Positions 42,614 through 52,442 of a DNA stretch of 64,000 bases are shown in pieces. The position numbers were made by a program, and so were the translations under genes. Position 1 is the first letter of the stretch, and every line of letters starts with the position of its first letter. The notes beneath the pieces were generated by a model, which was not told the origin of the DNA, made no database searches, and saw only the letters and a list, made by a program, of their open reading frames with translations. The stretch comes from Spirochaetota bacterium (GTDB taxonomy: Bacteria > Spirochaetota > UBA4802 > UBA5550). The DNA lies in the NCBI GenBank assembly GCA_963664815.2, contig CAXXHB010000003.1, forward strand, positions 1,888,001-1,952,000. Reading direction: 5' to 3'.

Positions 42614-43843
42614 ATGCCTGATGTAATAATTATTTCAACGGGTTATGAATTTATTTATGGAACTACTATTAATACAAACTGTTCATTCATAAGTAATCTG
42701 TTTTGGGGAAGTAATTTTAAAGTTCTTAAACATATTACAATTGGTGATGAAATCGAATCGATTGTCTCAGTATTGAATCAATCTATAAATGAAGCTGATA
42801 TGGTTATTACTACTGGAGGTCTCGGTCCTGCAGATAATAATAATACTGTGGATGCTGTATGTAGTGTTTTAAATATTCATCCGGTTTTAGATGAAGAATC
42901 GAATAATAAGTTCATTGATTATTACAGATCCATGAATTGTTCAATAAATAATAATGATCATAAAATTTCTACTGTACCCGAGAACTCGCTGGTTATACAA
43001 AACATATATGGTCCTGCTCCTGGATTCATTGTCAGACATATGAATAAAATTATAATATCACTTCCCGGTATTCCATCTCAGGCTGAGAAGATGATGATTA
43101 ATGATATTTTGCCATATCTTAAAAAGTTTTCTGAATTTTATAATAAATTTAATCTTAATTATAAAATATCAGACATAAAAGAATCAGATATAAATAGACT
43201 AATTAATGAATTAAGTTTGCCTGATTCTGTAAAAACATGTATTATATACAGGTCTGGAGTTTACGATGTATTAATCACCGGTTTCACAGAATATTCTGCA
43301 GATAAAGAAAGAATTGATATTTGTGTAAGAAATAAATTCTACCAATATCTGGTCGAATATAATACTGCATTTCCCGAAGAGGAACTGATTTCATTGCTTA
43401 TTGCAAAGAAATTAACGATATCAACGGCTGAATCCTGTACAGGTGGGCTTATAGCAAAAAAAATCACTGATATTTCCGGAGCATCTGAAGTATATAAAGG
43501 TTCTGTTATTGCCTACAGTAATGATATAAAAAAATATTTTCTGGATGTTCCTGTTGAAATTCTCAACAGTTTTGGAGCTGTGAGTGAAGTCACAGCGGCA
43601 AAAATGGCAATTTCAATTAAAAATAAATTCAACACAGATATATCAGTTTCAACTACTGGAATAGCCGGACCAGGCGGAGGTAATGAAACAAAGCCTGTCG
43701 GTATGATATGCTTCGGTTTTAAAATAAAAGAATATCTTTTTACTACTACAAAATTTTTTAAAGGAGAAAGAGATACAATACGAAATCTTTCAAGTCTTTA
43801 TTCTATAAATTATTTAATAAATTATATTAAAAATACATATTAA
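42614..43843 (+). CDS. cinA: CinA-type protein: COG1058/MoCF-like N-domain plus PncC NMN deamidase
   Basis: TTGGLGP and SLPGIP in the N-domain; TAESCTGG, AYSN..K, GAVS and TTGIAGPGGG in the PncC domain. Confidence 0.88.
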   Translation: MPDVIIISTGYEFIYGTTINTNCSFISNLFWGSNFKVLKHITIGDEIESIVSVLNQSINEADMVITTGGLGPADNNNTVDAVCSVLNIHPVLDEESNNKFIDYYRSMNCSINNNDHKISTVPENSLVIQNIYGPAPGFIVRHMNKIIISLPGIPSQAEKMMINDILPYLKKFSEFYNKFNLNYKISDIKESDINRLINELSLPDSVKTCIIYRSGVYDVLITGFTEYSADKERIDICVRNKFYQYLVEYNTAFPEEELISLLIAKKLTISTAESCTGGLIAKKITDISGASEVYKGSVIAYSNDIKKYFLDVPVEILNSFGAVSEVTAAKMAISIKNKFNTDISVSTTGIAGPGGGNETKPVGMICFGFKIKEYLFTTTKFFKGERDTIRNLSSLYSINYLINYIKNTY

Positions 43844-43927
43844 GAAAATAATTATCATATTTTAATATTATGATTTACTCAGCTAGATACATCAGTATAG
43901 ATAGATTTATACTTTATATAATAAATA

Positions 43928-46786
43928 ATGGAATTATTAATGAAACGAATAATATATTTTATAGCTTGTTTTCTTATAATTTCTATAAATAGTTATTCTG
44001 CTTCAGAATCGAGAAATATTTTTAATCAGGGAATTGAAGCATTCAAAGCGGGTAATTATGCATCAGCAGAACTATTATTCAGAAAAACCGAAGAAAATAA
44101 TGATGATTATAGAGACAGGGCATGGTTCTTTCTTGCTAAAACAATTTTTCAACAGGGTAAATATAAAGCAGCTATTTTTGAATTCAATTCTTTTCTTAAT
44201 AAATGCCGAACTGAAAGTTTAAGAATTGAATCACGTTTCTGGATAGGAGAGTCATATTTTAATTTAAATGAAAATCTTAAAGCAATAGAGGAATATAATA
44301 GATTTCTTGAAAAAGCCGATGATCTGAGTTTAATTATAACAGCTCATGATAGAATAGCCACTATATATTTTAAACAGCAAAGATATGAAGAATCAATAAT
44401 TGAATGGGAAAACGCTATAAAGAAAAGTTCTGATAAAGAATTGAATGCATCACTTGTTCTGAAGATTGGTCATGCACTTTTTAAAAATGAGAAATATGAT
44501 GAAGCACTGGAAAGGCTGAATCCTCTTTTAAGTTCAAAAATAGATTCGAAAAAAAAGAGTGAGATAAGGCTGATTATAGGGCAAATATACATGATTCAGG
44601 ATAATCATAAAAAAGCACAGACTACATTTAACGCTATCCCCTCGGAGCTTGCTGAAACCTATCCATATCATGATATGTATTACTTCAGAGCGAAATCTTA
44701 TCTTGATACTGAAAAAAATAATCTTGCTAGAAATGATTTTGAACTTTTTACAATAATTGGTAAAAAGTCAGAATACTACTATGATGGGATGTATGAATAT
44801 GGAAAAATTTTACTTAATTCCGGAAAGCCTGAAACTGGAATAGAAATTCTTGAAAAAGTCTGGGAAAACCAGGAAAAAGTTGATTTATCAATAAAAAGCG
44901 CACTCTTAATGTCTAATTATTATATTGAAAAAGATCACTTAAGAGCGATTAAATATCTCGAAAAGTTCGTATCTTATGACGATGAGGAATTAAAAAAGAG
45001 CATAATTATAACTATCAGTAAAGCTTATATAAAAAATGAAAATTATGATAAAGCAGAAGGTCTTTTAAAATATTACATTGAAAAATTTCCATATGAACAA
45101 AATATTGATGAAGTTAAATTTTTACAGGCACGCATTCTTCTTGAAAAAGGTGATTCTGATAATGCAACAGTTATCTTTAATGATCTGAAAAAGAATAATC
45201 CATTTTCGAAATTTTTAAATGATTCAGATTATTATTTTGCACTTGTAAGTTTTAAAAAAGGCAGGATAGGTGAATCAATTTCATATCTTAAAAGATATGT
45301 TTCGATGAAAGACATAAATTACAGATTTGAGGCTCACCGGTTATTAACTGAACTATATCTTTCTACAGAGGATTCAAAAAATGCTGAAAAAGAAATCAAT
45401 CAATTAATAAATTTATTCCCCAATTATTCAGGTGTTGATAAATTATTGTATAATTTTTCTATATATCTAAATGAAAAAAAAGATAAATCTACATTTAAAT
45501 ATTTTAATATACTCCAGCTTCGCTATCCTGATTCAAACTATGCTTTAATGCTTAATGTTATTTATGGAAATAAATATTTTGAAGCTAAAAATTATAATAA
45601 AGCAATATCTTATTATGAAAAATTCCTCAATAGTAATATTGAGGAATCAAGAGGAATTGCTTACTTTAATATTCTTAAATCTTATTTTTATCTACAACAA
45701 TATGAAAAAGTTATAAGTTTAATAAAAAATGTTAGAATACCTCCGCTTGATGAAAATCAATGGAGAGAATTACCATTGCTACATGCCCGGGCCTGTTATA
45801 AAATTTCAAGATATGATGAAGTTTATAATATTTTGAAATGGGAAGAAATTAAAACATTTAATGATGAAGATGCAAAGATGCTTATAGAAAGCACAATAAA
45901 AACAGGAGATGTTGAAGCTGCAGCTAATTTTATAGATAGAATAAAAGAACGCAATCAATTTCATGGTGAACAATTACTAATACTTGGAAGCTATTATCAG
46001 ACTAAAAAAAATTATATAAAAGCAGAAGAGGTGTATAGTACTCTTCTTCTATCTGAGACTTCCGAAAATATCAAAGAAAAAGCAAGAATTGAACTTGCAA
46101 TAATAAAAATGGAAAATGATGATTTCGATCTTTCCATAAATTATCTCAATCAGGTTGAGATGAATGAAAACATACCAGAAAGAGATTCATTAATTATTAT
46201 TAATCATTTTAATATTGGAAAGGATAAAATTGCTTCAGATATAACAGACTCAAGAATAAAATATTTATTGAAGAATAGGTTTACAGAAAAGGTTTTATTA
46301 TTGAATCTTGAATATAGTTTAAAAAATAAAAATATAAATTCATTTTTAAGATATTCTACATATCTTAAACCTTTCAAGGAAAATGAAAACTATCTGGATT
46401 ATCTCACTGGATTTTTATTTTATAATACAGGAGATTATAAAAGATCATTTAATTATTTTTATAAATTATCTTTAAAAGAAAGTGAATATAAAATGGAATC
46501 AAATTATTATCTTGGAAGACTAAGTCTTTTAAATAATAAGAATAAAATTAATGCGTTGAAATATTTTTTAAAAGCAATTGAGACTGAATCTGAAAACGAT
46601 TATTATTATAAAAGTAAAATTGAAGCAGCAATAATATATTATGAAATGAAAAACATAGAAAATTCTTTGAACTTTTTAAATAATATTATAAAAAGCGGTG
46701 CTAGCAGTAAATACAAAAATGAAGCTGAAAATCTTTTAGAATATTTCAGTTTTACAAATAGTACAGTCGGAGGAAAAGATTCATGA
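43928..46786 (+). CDS. Large exported TPR protein
   Basis: Signal peptide (start perhaps ATG 43940) and many TPR pairs of YfiO/CpoB style (AWFFLAKTIF, RFWIGESYF). Confidence 0.75.
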   Translation: MELLMKRIIYFIACFLIISINSYSASESRNIFNQGIEAFKAGNYASAELLFRKTEENNDDYRDRAWFFLAKTIFQQGKYKAAIFEFNSFLNKCRTESLRIESRFWIGESYFNLNENLKAIEEYNRFLEKADDLSLIITAHDRIATIYFKQQRYEESIIEWENAIKKSSDKELNASLVLKIGHALFKNEKYDEALERLNPLLSSKIDSKKKSEIRLIIGQIYMIQDNHKKAQTTFNAIPSELAETYPYHDMYYFRAKSYLDTEKNNLARNDFELFTIIGKKSEYYYDGMYEYGKILLNSGKPETGIEILEKVWENQEKVDLSIKSALLMSNYYIEKDHLRAIKYLEKFVSYDDEELKKSIIITISKAYIKNENYDKAEGLLKYYIEKFPYEQNIDEVKFLQARILLEKGDSDNATVIFNDLKKNNPFSKFLNDSDYYFALVSFKKGRIGESISYLKRYVSMKDINYRFEAHRLLTELYLSTEDSKNAEKEINQLINLFPNYSGVDKLLYNFSIYLNEKKDKSTFKYFNILQLRYPDSNYALMLNVIYGNKYFEAKNYNKAISYYEKFLNSNIEESRGIAYFNILKSYFYLQQYEKVISLIKNVRIPPLDENQWRELPLLHARACYKISRYDEVYNILKWEEIKTFNDEDAKMLIESTIKTGDVEAAANFIDRIKERNQFHGEQLLILGSYYQTKKNYIKAEEVYSTLLLSETSENIKEKARIELAIIKMENDDFDLSINYLNQVEMNENIPERDSLIIINHFNIGKDKIASDITDSRIKYLLKNRFTEKVLLLNLEYSLKNKNINSFLRYSTYLKPFKENENYLDYLTGFLFYNTGDYKRSFNYFYKLSLKESEYKMESNYYLGRLSLLNNKNKINALKYFLKAIETESENDYYYKSKIEAAIIYYEMKNIENSLNFLNNIIKSGASSKYKNEAENLLEYFSFTNSTVGGKDS

Positions 46787-47211
46787 AGAATGCTGAAAAG
46801 GGAATGAATGTTCCAGATGATTTAAAATATAATGATAATCATCAATGGATCAAGATGATTGATGATATAACCGGTATATGCGGCATAACAGATTTTTCAC
46901 AGAATAATCTTGGTGAAATAACTTTTATTGAATTTATCAATAATATTGCGAATTGTGAAGTTAACGAAAAAGAAAAAATTGCTATCATCGAATCTATAAA
47001 AGAATCTTTGGATATATATTCTATTGTTTCAGGGAAAATAATAGATATTAACAGAAATCTTGAGGATTCACCAGAAATTGTTAATAATGATCCATACGGT
47101 GAAGGCTGGATTTTTAAAATTGAAGTGGAAGATATTGACAATATTGATGATCTTATGGATCCTGACGAATATCTCGAAATTATAATGCCCGAAGATTTTT
47201 TAGATATATAA
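46783..47211 (+). CDS. gcvH: Glycine cleavage H-like lipoyl carrier protein
   Basis: GITDFSQ..LGEI, IESIK (lipoyl Lys), SG.I and N.DPYGEGWIFK motifs. Confidence 0.88.
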   Translation: MKNAEKGMNVPDDLKYNDNHQWIKMIDDITGICGITDFSQNNLGEITFIEFINNIANCEVNEKEKIAIIESIKESLDIYSIVSGKIIDINRNLEDSPEIVNNDPYGEGWIFKIEVEDIDNIDDLMDPDEYLEIIMPEDFLDI

Positions 47212-47279
47212 AATATCAACTTCCGATAAGATATATTATGTCTCTTTAATTTTTTTTATTCTCTTTTTTAATTTAGCCG

Positions 47280-47768
47280 TTAATCATAATATAAAAGTGA
47301 TACAGTATAAACAGCTATACCTTCTCCTCTACCTGTAAATCCAAGTTTTTCTGTAGTTTTTCCTTTAATTCCTATACAATCAGATTGAATCATTCCATTT
47401 GTTGCTTCAGATATTTTTTCTTTCATTTTCTGAATATAAGGACTTATTTTTGGAGCTTCACAAACAATTATTGAATCAGTATTAATTACTTTAAACCCAT
47501 TAGCTTTTAGCTTTTCACAGACATTTTCGAGAAGGTGTAAACTGCTTATGTTTTTATAAGCTGGATCAGTGTCGGGAAATAATCGTCCAATATCGCCAAT
47601 ATTCGCAGGACTTAAAAAAGAATCTATTATTGAGTGAACTAAAACATCTGCATCTGAATGACCAAGCAAACCGAGATGATAATCTATTTTTACACCACCA
47701 ATTATTAAATCTCTATCTTTTATTAAAGAATGTACATCAAATCCATTACCAATTCTATAATTGATCAT
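47280..47768 (-). CDS. ispF: 2-C-methyl-D-erythritol 2,4-cyclodiphosphate synthase
   Basis: RIGNGFDVH, GHSDADV, GDIG.LFPD and KTTEKLGFTGRGEG motifs. Confidence 0.96.
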   Translation of the reverse strand: MINYRIGNGFDVHSLIKDRDLIIGGVKIDYHLGLLGHSDADVLVHSIIDSFLSPANIGDIGRLFPDTDPAYKNISSLHLLENVCEKLKANGFKVINTDSIIVCEAPKISPYIQKMKEKISEATNGMIQSDCIGIKGKTTEKLGFTGRGEGIAVYTVSLLYYD

Positions 47769-47774
47769 ATTTTG

Positions 47775-48086
47775 TTAAAGATTAAACACATCAGACAGAG
47801 AGCTTAATTTAAGAACATTCAGGACTTTAGAACTGACTTTTTCAATATTCAGATCTTTTCCTTTTTTTTTCTGTAGTTTAAGAAGACTTATAAGAACGCC
47901 AACTCCGGAAGAATCAATATAATCAACTTCAGAAAGATCAATTTCAATATCTTTATCCGTATTTTGGCCAATCTCAAAAAGTTTTTGTTTAAAAGCTTTG
48001 ATCGACATCATTTCTATGTCGCCATGAACTTTTAAAAAAACAGTATCATCACGTTCTTGAACATCAATTTCCATATAATCATCCAA
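47775..48086 (-). CDS. STAS-domain anti-sigma-factor antagonist
   Basis: IDLSEVDYIDSSGVGVL with the conserved phosphorylatable Ser. Confidence 0.9.
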   Translation of the reverse strand: MDDYMEIDVQERDDTVFLKVHGDIEMMSIKAFKQKLFEIGQNTDKDIEIDLSEVDYIDSSGVGVLISLLKLQKKKGKDLNIEKVSSKVLNVLKLSSLSDVFNL

Positions 48087-48160
48087 TATTAATTATAATC
48101 ATATTTAAAATAACACCAATAAACTATAAGTCAAATTAATTTTACAGAAGCATATTAAAA

Positions 48161-50224
48161 TTAGTCGGAAAAATCAATATCAATTATTATCAATCTCGGG
48201 TACAATTTTCCCATATATTCATTGTTTTCCAGTTTAAAAATTAAATCAATATCTTTTTTAGAATTATAAAAAAATGACATAATATCAGACATATTCCAAC
48301 CAATTGCGTGAAGAGATTTATTAATAATATATTTCCCATGATTTTCCTGATTACCGAAAGTGGAAAAGTTTTCTATTCTAATATTATTAGATAAAAACAA
48401 TGGTTCATCATTTCCTTTACCAAATGGCTCAAGGATTGATAAATTTTTAATAAACCCGGAATTTATTTCCTTAAGGTCAATAAATGCATTTAACTTAAAA
48501 CTTTTGTTAGAAATAAATTTATCAACAATGGAATTATTTAATCTGTCAGCAATTTCCTTAATATTTTTTATATCAGCAGTGAATCCAAATGCCTGTGCAT
48601 GTCCCCCTACTCGTTCAAACAAATGATGAAAATCAGCAGTATAATTAAAGAAATCAAAATTTGCTGTGCTTCTGGCGGAACCTTTAAAAATTCCATTCAT
48701 ATCTGTACCAGTTGCAATTACAACAGGTTTTTTATAATCATCAACAAGCCTGTTAGCGATCAAACCTGCAATACCCTCACTTATTTCATCATGCATATAA
48801 AAAAAAATTTTATCGTCTATTATAATGTTTGTTTTTTCACTGGCAATTTTTCCAATTATTTCTAAAACAAGTTTTTTTCTTTCTTTATTAATTTTCTGAA
48901 TTTTCTTTAATATTAATTCTGTTTTAGAATTATCCTTCTCTAAAAAAAAATTAACAGTTAAATCTGTTTCTCCCATTCTGCCTGGCGCATTTAATAGTGG
49001 AGCAATGTCCCAGCTTATTGTTTTTGATGTTGTGGATGATTTATTAATTATTGATAAAATTCCAATATGTCCTTTTTTGTTATTCATAAGTGAAAGCCCA
49101 TATTTAACAAACTGTCGATTTTCACCATGTAATGGCATAATATCTGCTATTGTACCAATAGCAACAAGAACAATATATTCGCTGAGAATAGAAATTATTT
49201 TTTTTAAACTTCTCGCTTGCAACTCCTTGAAGATTTTGTAATATAATTCAAATTCACTTTTGATATTTTTATTGTTAATATTAAATTCTAAAGAAAGCAT
49301 ATTAATCATTTGATTGAAATCGGAATAATTAGTTTTGTTGAATGAAGATGCTATTTTTCTAATATCAGTAATTATAATATTACTATAAATTGATTTTAAT
49401 ATTGATTCCAATTCCAAACTTTCAATGTTTAATAAAACTACCTGATCAGTAGTTTTTATAAAAGTTGTAATTGTATTAATCAGATCATCTTTCTCTATAA
49501 TAAACTCATCTGTTGAAACTCCATTTTTTACAGATTTAATTGTATATAAATGGTTTTTTTTGTAAATAAGTACAAAATTTACATTATAAATGGAAGTGAA
49601 ACTGAAAAGAAAAGCATGTGCAAATTTAAAAGCTACACCAACACCGGCCAGTTCTTTGAATGGATACAAACAATTATTTTTTTTTGGATTAATAATTATT
49701 GCATCGGGTAATGATTTACCCTGCTCATGATGATCTGTTATAACAAAATCAATACCATTTTTTTTCCCATAATTTATTTCTTCAACATCACGAATTCCGG
49801 AATCAACAGTTATTACAAGGTTTACTTTTTCCTTAATAAATTCATCGATAATATTACATGTGAGACCATAACTTTCTTTTGCTTTTGGATATCTGATTAT
49901 TGCATTACACCCTGCTCTATTCAAGACACTATGAATAATTGTTAATGATGTTATACCATCGAGATCTGAATCTCCAAAGATTGCAATTTTTTCACCATTT
50001 TTTATAGCTGTTTTAAGACGGCTTACTGCATCATAGATTCCATCGAGTAAGAAAGGGCTATGAAGATTGTTAAGTTCTGGATAAAGGAATTCTGTAATCT
50101 CATTAGATGTCTTTATTCCCCGGGAATAAAGTATTGAAACAATATTTTTATCAATGCCAATATCTTGTGAAATATTTTCGATTTCCAGAGAATCTAGTTC
50201 CGGAAAAAGCCAATCGGACTTCAT
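48161..50224 (-). CDS. recJ: Single-stranded-DNA exonuclease RecJ with an internal insertion
   Basis: GDSDLDG, YGL, TVDSG, TDHH, LAGVGV, GTIAD, NAPGR, GSARS, GGH.QA and LEPFG.GN motifs. Confidence 0.93.
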   Translation of the reverse strand: MKSDWLFPELDSLEIENISQDIGIDKNIVSILYSRGIKTSNEITEFLYPELNNLHSPFLLDGIYDAVSRLKTAIKNGEKIAIFGDSDLDGITSLTIIHSVLNRAGCNAIIRYPKAKESYGLTCNIIDEFIKEKVNLVITVDSGIRDVEEINYGKKNGIDFVITDHHEQGKSLPDAIIINPKKNNCLYPFKELAGVGVAFKFAHAFLFSFTSIYNVNFVLIYKKNHLYTIKSVKNGVSTDEFIIEKDDLINTITTFIKTTDQVVLLNIESLELESILKSIYSNIIITDIRKIASSFNKTNYSDFNQMINMLSLEFNINNKNIKSEFELYYKIFKELQARSLKKIISILSEYIVLVAIGTIADIMPLHGENRQFVKYGLSLMNNKKGHIGILSIINKSSTTSKTISWDIAPLLNAPGRMGETDLTVNFFLEKDNSKTELILKKIQKINKERKKLVLEIIGKIASEKTNIIIDDKIFFYMHDEISEGIAGLIANRLVDDYKKPVVIATGTDMNGIFKGSARSTANFDFFNYTADFHHLFERVGGHAQAFGFTADIKNIKEIADRLNNSIVDKFISNKSFKLNAFIDLKEINSGFIKNLSILEPFGKGNDEPLFLSNNIRIENFSTFGNQENHGKYIINKSLHAIGWNMSDIMSFFYNSKKDIDLIFKLENNEYMGKLYPRLIIIDIDFSD

Positions 50225-50910
50225 TAATTTTTTTTATCCTGAACCTTTTCAGACATTTTTGTTGCAAGAAAAACAGCTTTATCATTTGAACTTTTTGCAA
50301 TATATTCTAATTTAAATTTATCAATTTTTTTAATTAACGGAGCAACTTCAGACAGAAAATTCTTTATCTCAGAATCTTTGGTTTTAAAATCTGAATTCAA
50401 CTGCCTGAAAAGGGTCTCAGAATCTGTCCTGATTTTTATTTCGCTGACTTGAAAATATTCGGCGAGTTTAAGAGCTCGTATAAGTACAAAACGCTCAGCG
50501 ATGAAAGTTGTTCTTTTTCCTATATACTCGGAAACCTTACCAACCTGTCTGTCCTGCTGATCAAATATGACTATACCTATTCCCGCATGTCCTGGATTTC
50601 CAGTGGATATTCCGGCTATATTCATTGTTAATTGTGCATTTACAGGAATAGCGTTCAGCTCTGCTCCGGAAAGTATCTCCTTGATATAGTTCTGATCAGA
50701 AATTATGTTGTTATCAGTATTAACAGTCGTTTTCTTTTTTAAAACAACTTTTCTTTTTGAAATATTTTTTTCATGTTTTGCAAGGAGATCCCTTGCTTCT
50801 TCAATAAGATTTACTACATCAGCAGAATCACATTCTGCAAGTTCAGCAATTTTTTCAATTGTTTTGCCTTCTGATACCAGCTGTAGTACACGATCTATAC
50901 TTAAAAGCAT
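50224..50910 (-). CDS. N-terminal HTH fused to an RNase HI-like domain (catalytic Asp residues substituted)
   Basis: HTH-like GKTIEKIAELAEC. RNase H pattern AGISTGNPGHAGIG...AE...TDSE...N..A..LA. Confidence 0.75.
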   Translation of the reverse strand: MLLSIDRVLQLVSEGKTIEKIAELAECDSADVVNLIEEARDLLAKHEKNISKRKVVLKKKTTVNTDNNIISDQNYIKEILSGAELNAIPVNAQLTMNIAGISTGNPGHAGIGIVIFDQQDRQVGKVSEYIGKRTTFIAERFVLIRALKLAEYFQVSEIKIRTDSETLFRQLNSDFKTKDSEIKNFLSEVAPLIKKIDKFKLEYIAKSSNDKAVFLATKMSEKVQDKKN

Positions 50911-50934
50911 TTTTTATTCTCCGGTTTTGGTGAT

Positions 50935-51630
50935 TCAATAGATAAAACGTCCACAGTTAGTGCAGATCTCAATTTTCTTATAACTTAATGCTGATACAGC
51001 AATTGCTGAAGGAATATCAAAATTACAATGACTGCACGTTTCACCATTTAACTTAGCTATTGCGATTCCATCTTTTGAAGTGATCAATTTGGTAAATCTT
51101 GATTTGTTTGCAGGGGAAAGAGATGGTAAAAGTTCATTGAACCTGTTTTTAAAAGATTCAGATTCTTTGATATTGTTTAAGATTTTTTTATTTAATTCAT
51201 CAATGTCTGTTTTAATCTGTTTATCTGACTCGTAAAACTCATTTTTATATATTGAAAGATCAGACTCTGTTTTTTCAAGATTATCAATTAACTCAAATAT
51301 TTTTTCTTCAAGGGCCTCTTTAGAATCGTTAAGGAGAATGACTTCATTGTTTTGTGCCTCTATCTCTCTTTCAGATTTTAACTGGTTTATTCTTTGTTCG
51401 ATTTTTTTTATTTTTAATTCAGTATCTTCAAGATCTAGTTCATTTTTTTTTAAATTCATTTTCAGAGTTTTAACTCTTGATTCATTGTCTGAAACTTTTA
51501 ATGAAATTTCATTTAACCTGCTTTCCCAGGTCTTAATAGATTTTTTAAACCTGTCATTTTCAGCTTCGGATTTTAAAACATTATCCCAATAATGCTGTAG
51601 TTCAATCATTATACTGATTTCATTTTTCAT
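50935..51630 (-). CDS. Coiled-coil protein with C4 zinc ribbon (COG1579-like)
   Basis: Long coiled coil, then CSHC...CTNCGRFIY; sits between the Nif3 and RNase H-like genes. Confidence 0.88.
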   Translation of the reverse strand: MKNEISIMIELQHYWDNVLKSEAENDRFKKSIKTWESRLNEISLKVSDNESRVKTLKMNLKKNELDLEDTELKIKKIEQRINQLKSEREIEAQNNEVILLNDSKEALEEKIFELIDNLEKTESDLSIYKNEFYESDKQIKTDIDELNKKILNNIKESESFKNRFNELLPSLSPANKSRFTKLITSKDGIAIAKLNGETCSHCNFDIPSAIAVSALSYKKIEICTNCGRFIY

Positions 51631-51632
51631 TT

Positions 51633-52427
51633 TTATTTATATACTTGAAATGGATTTTTTTCTACATCTGATATTACTATTTCAATTTTTTCATCATACA
51701 ATACATTAGCTACGCTTTGAGCAAGCAACTTTTTAAAAATAAATTCAGTTCCGAAGTGGCCGGCATCAATAAATGCTGTACCGGAATCAATGGCATATTT
51801 AGCATGATGATAATTAACATCTCCGGTAATAATACAATCCGGTTTGTGTGAAGCAATTACTTTTTCAATTGAGCTGCCACCCGATCCATTTATAAATGCA
51901 ATAGATCTTATAATTTTATTTTTATCGCCTGAATAAATAACAAAATCCAGTCCAAGTTTATTTTTTGTATTATATAGTATTTCTGAAAAATATTGAAATT
52001 GATTGAGAATAATATATGATCCAAATCCGGTTATTGTATCAGGCAGTTCCATGGTATTATTCAATGGAATACTGTCGGGATATCCCAGAAAATCTGATAG
52101 TGCTTTATACATAATCTTATCATAATTTGTATGCAAAGCAAATAATGAAATTTTTTCAGTTATCAAATTAATCAGTATTTCGGATCTGGATTCATTTGAT
52201 ACAATTTTTTTCACAGGTTTAAATATTAATGGATGATGGCAGATTATTAAATTACAATTTTTTTCTTTTGCATTATTAACTGTATGGTGATCAGCATCAA
52301 GACAGATATATATTCTTTTTAATAATTCCTCATCGAATATTATCTGAGTTCCGGTATTATCATATGATTCCTGTATATTATCAGGAAATTCATTATTAAT
52401 TCTTTTTATTATTTCATTTATTTTCAT
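51633..52427 (-). CDS. Nif3-like dinuclear metal centre protein (YbgI/DUF34)
   Basis: YDNTG, HHPLIF, HTNYD, TGD..YH and DAGHFGTE motifs. Confidence 0.92.
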   Translation of the reverse strand: MKINEIIKRINNEFPDNIQESYDNTGTQIIFDEELLKRIYICLDADHHTVNNAKEKNCNLIICHHPLIFKPVKKIVSNESRSEILINLITEKISLFALHTNYDKIMYKALSDFLGYPDSIPLNNTMELPDTITGFGSYIILNQFQYFSEILYNTKNKLGLDFVIYSGDKNKIIRSIAFINGSGGSSIEKVIASHKPDCIITGDVNYHHAKYAIDSGTAFIDAGHFGTEFIFKKLLAQSVANVLYDEKIEIVISDVEKNPFQVYK

Positions 52428-52442
52428 AGATAAATACTTCCG

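Noticed and set aside
48087-50934. RNase P RNA (rnpB), often found after nif3-zinc ribbon-RNase H
   Set aside because: No intergenic space and no GAGGAAAGTCC-type motif; recJ follows directly.
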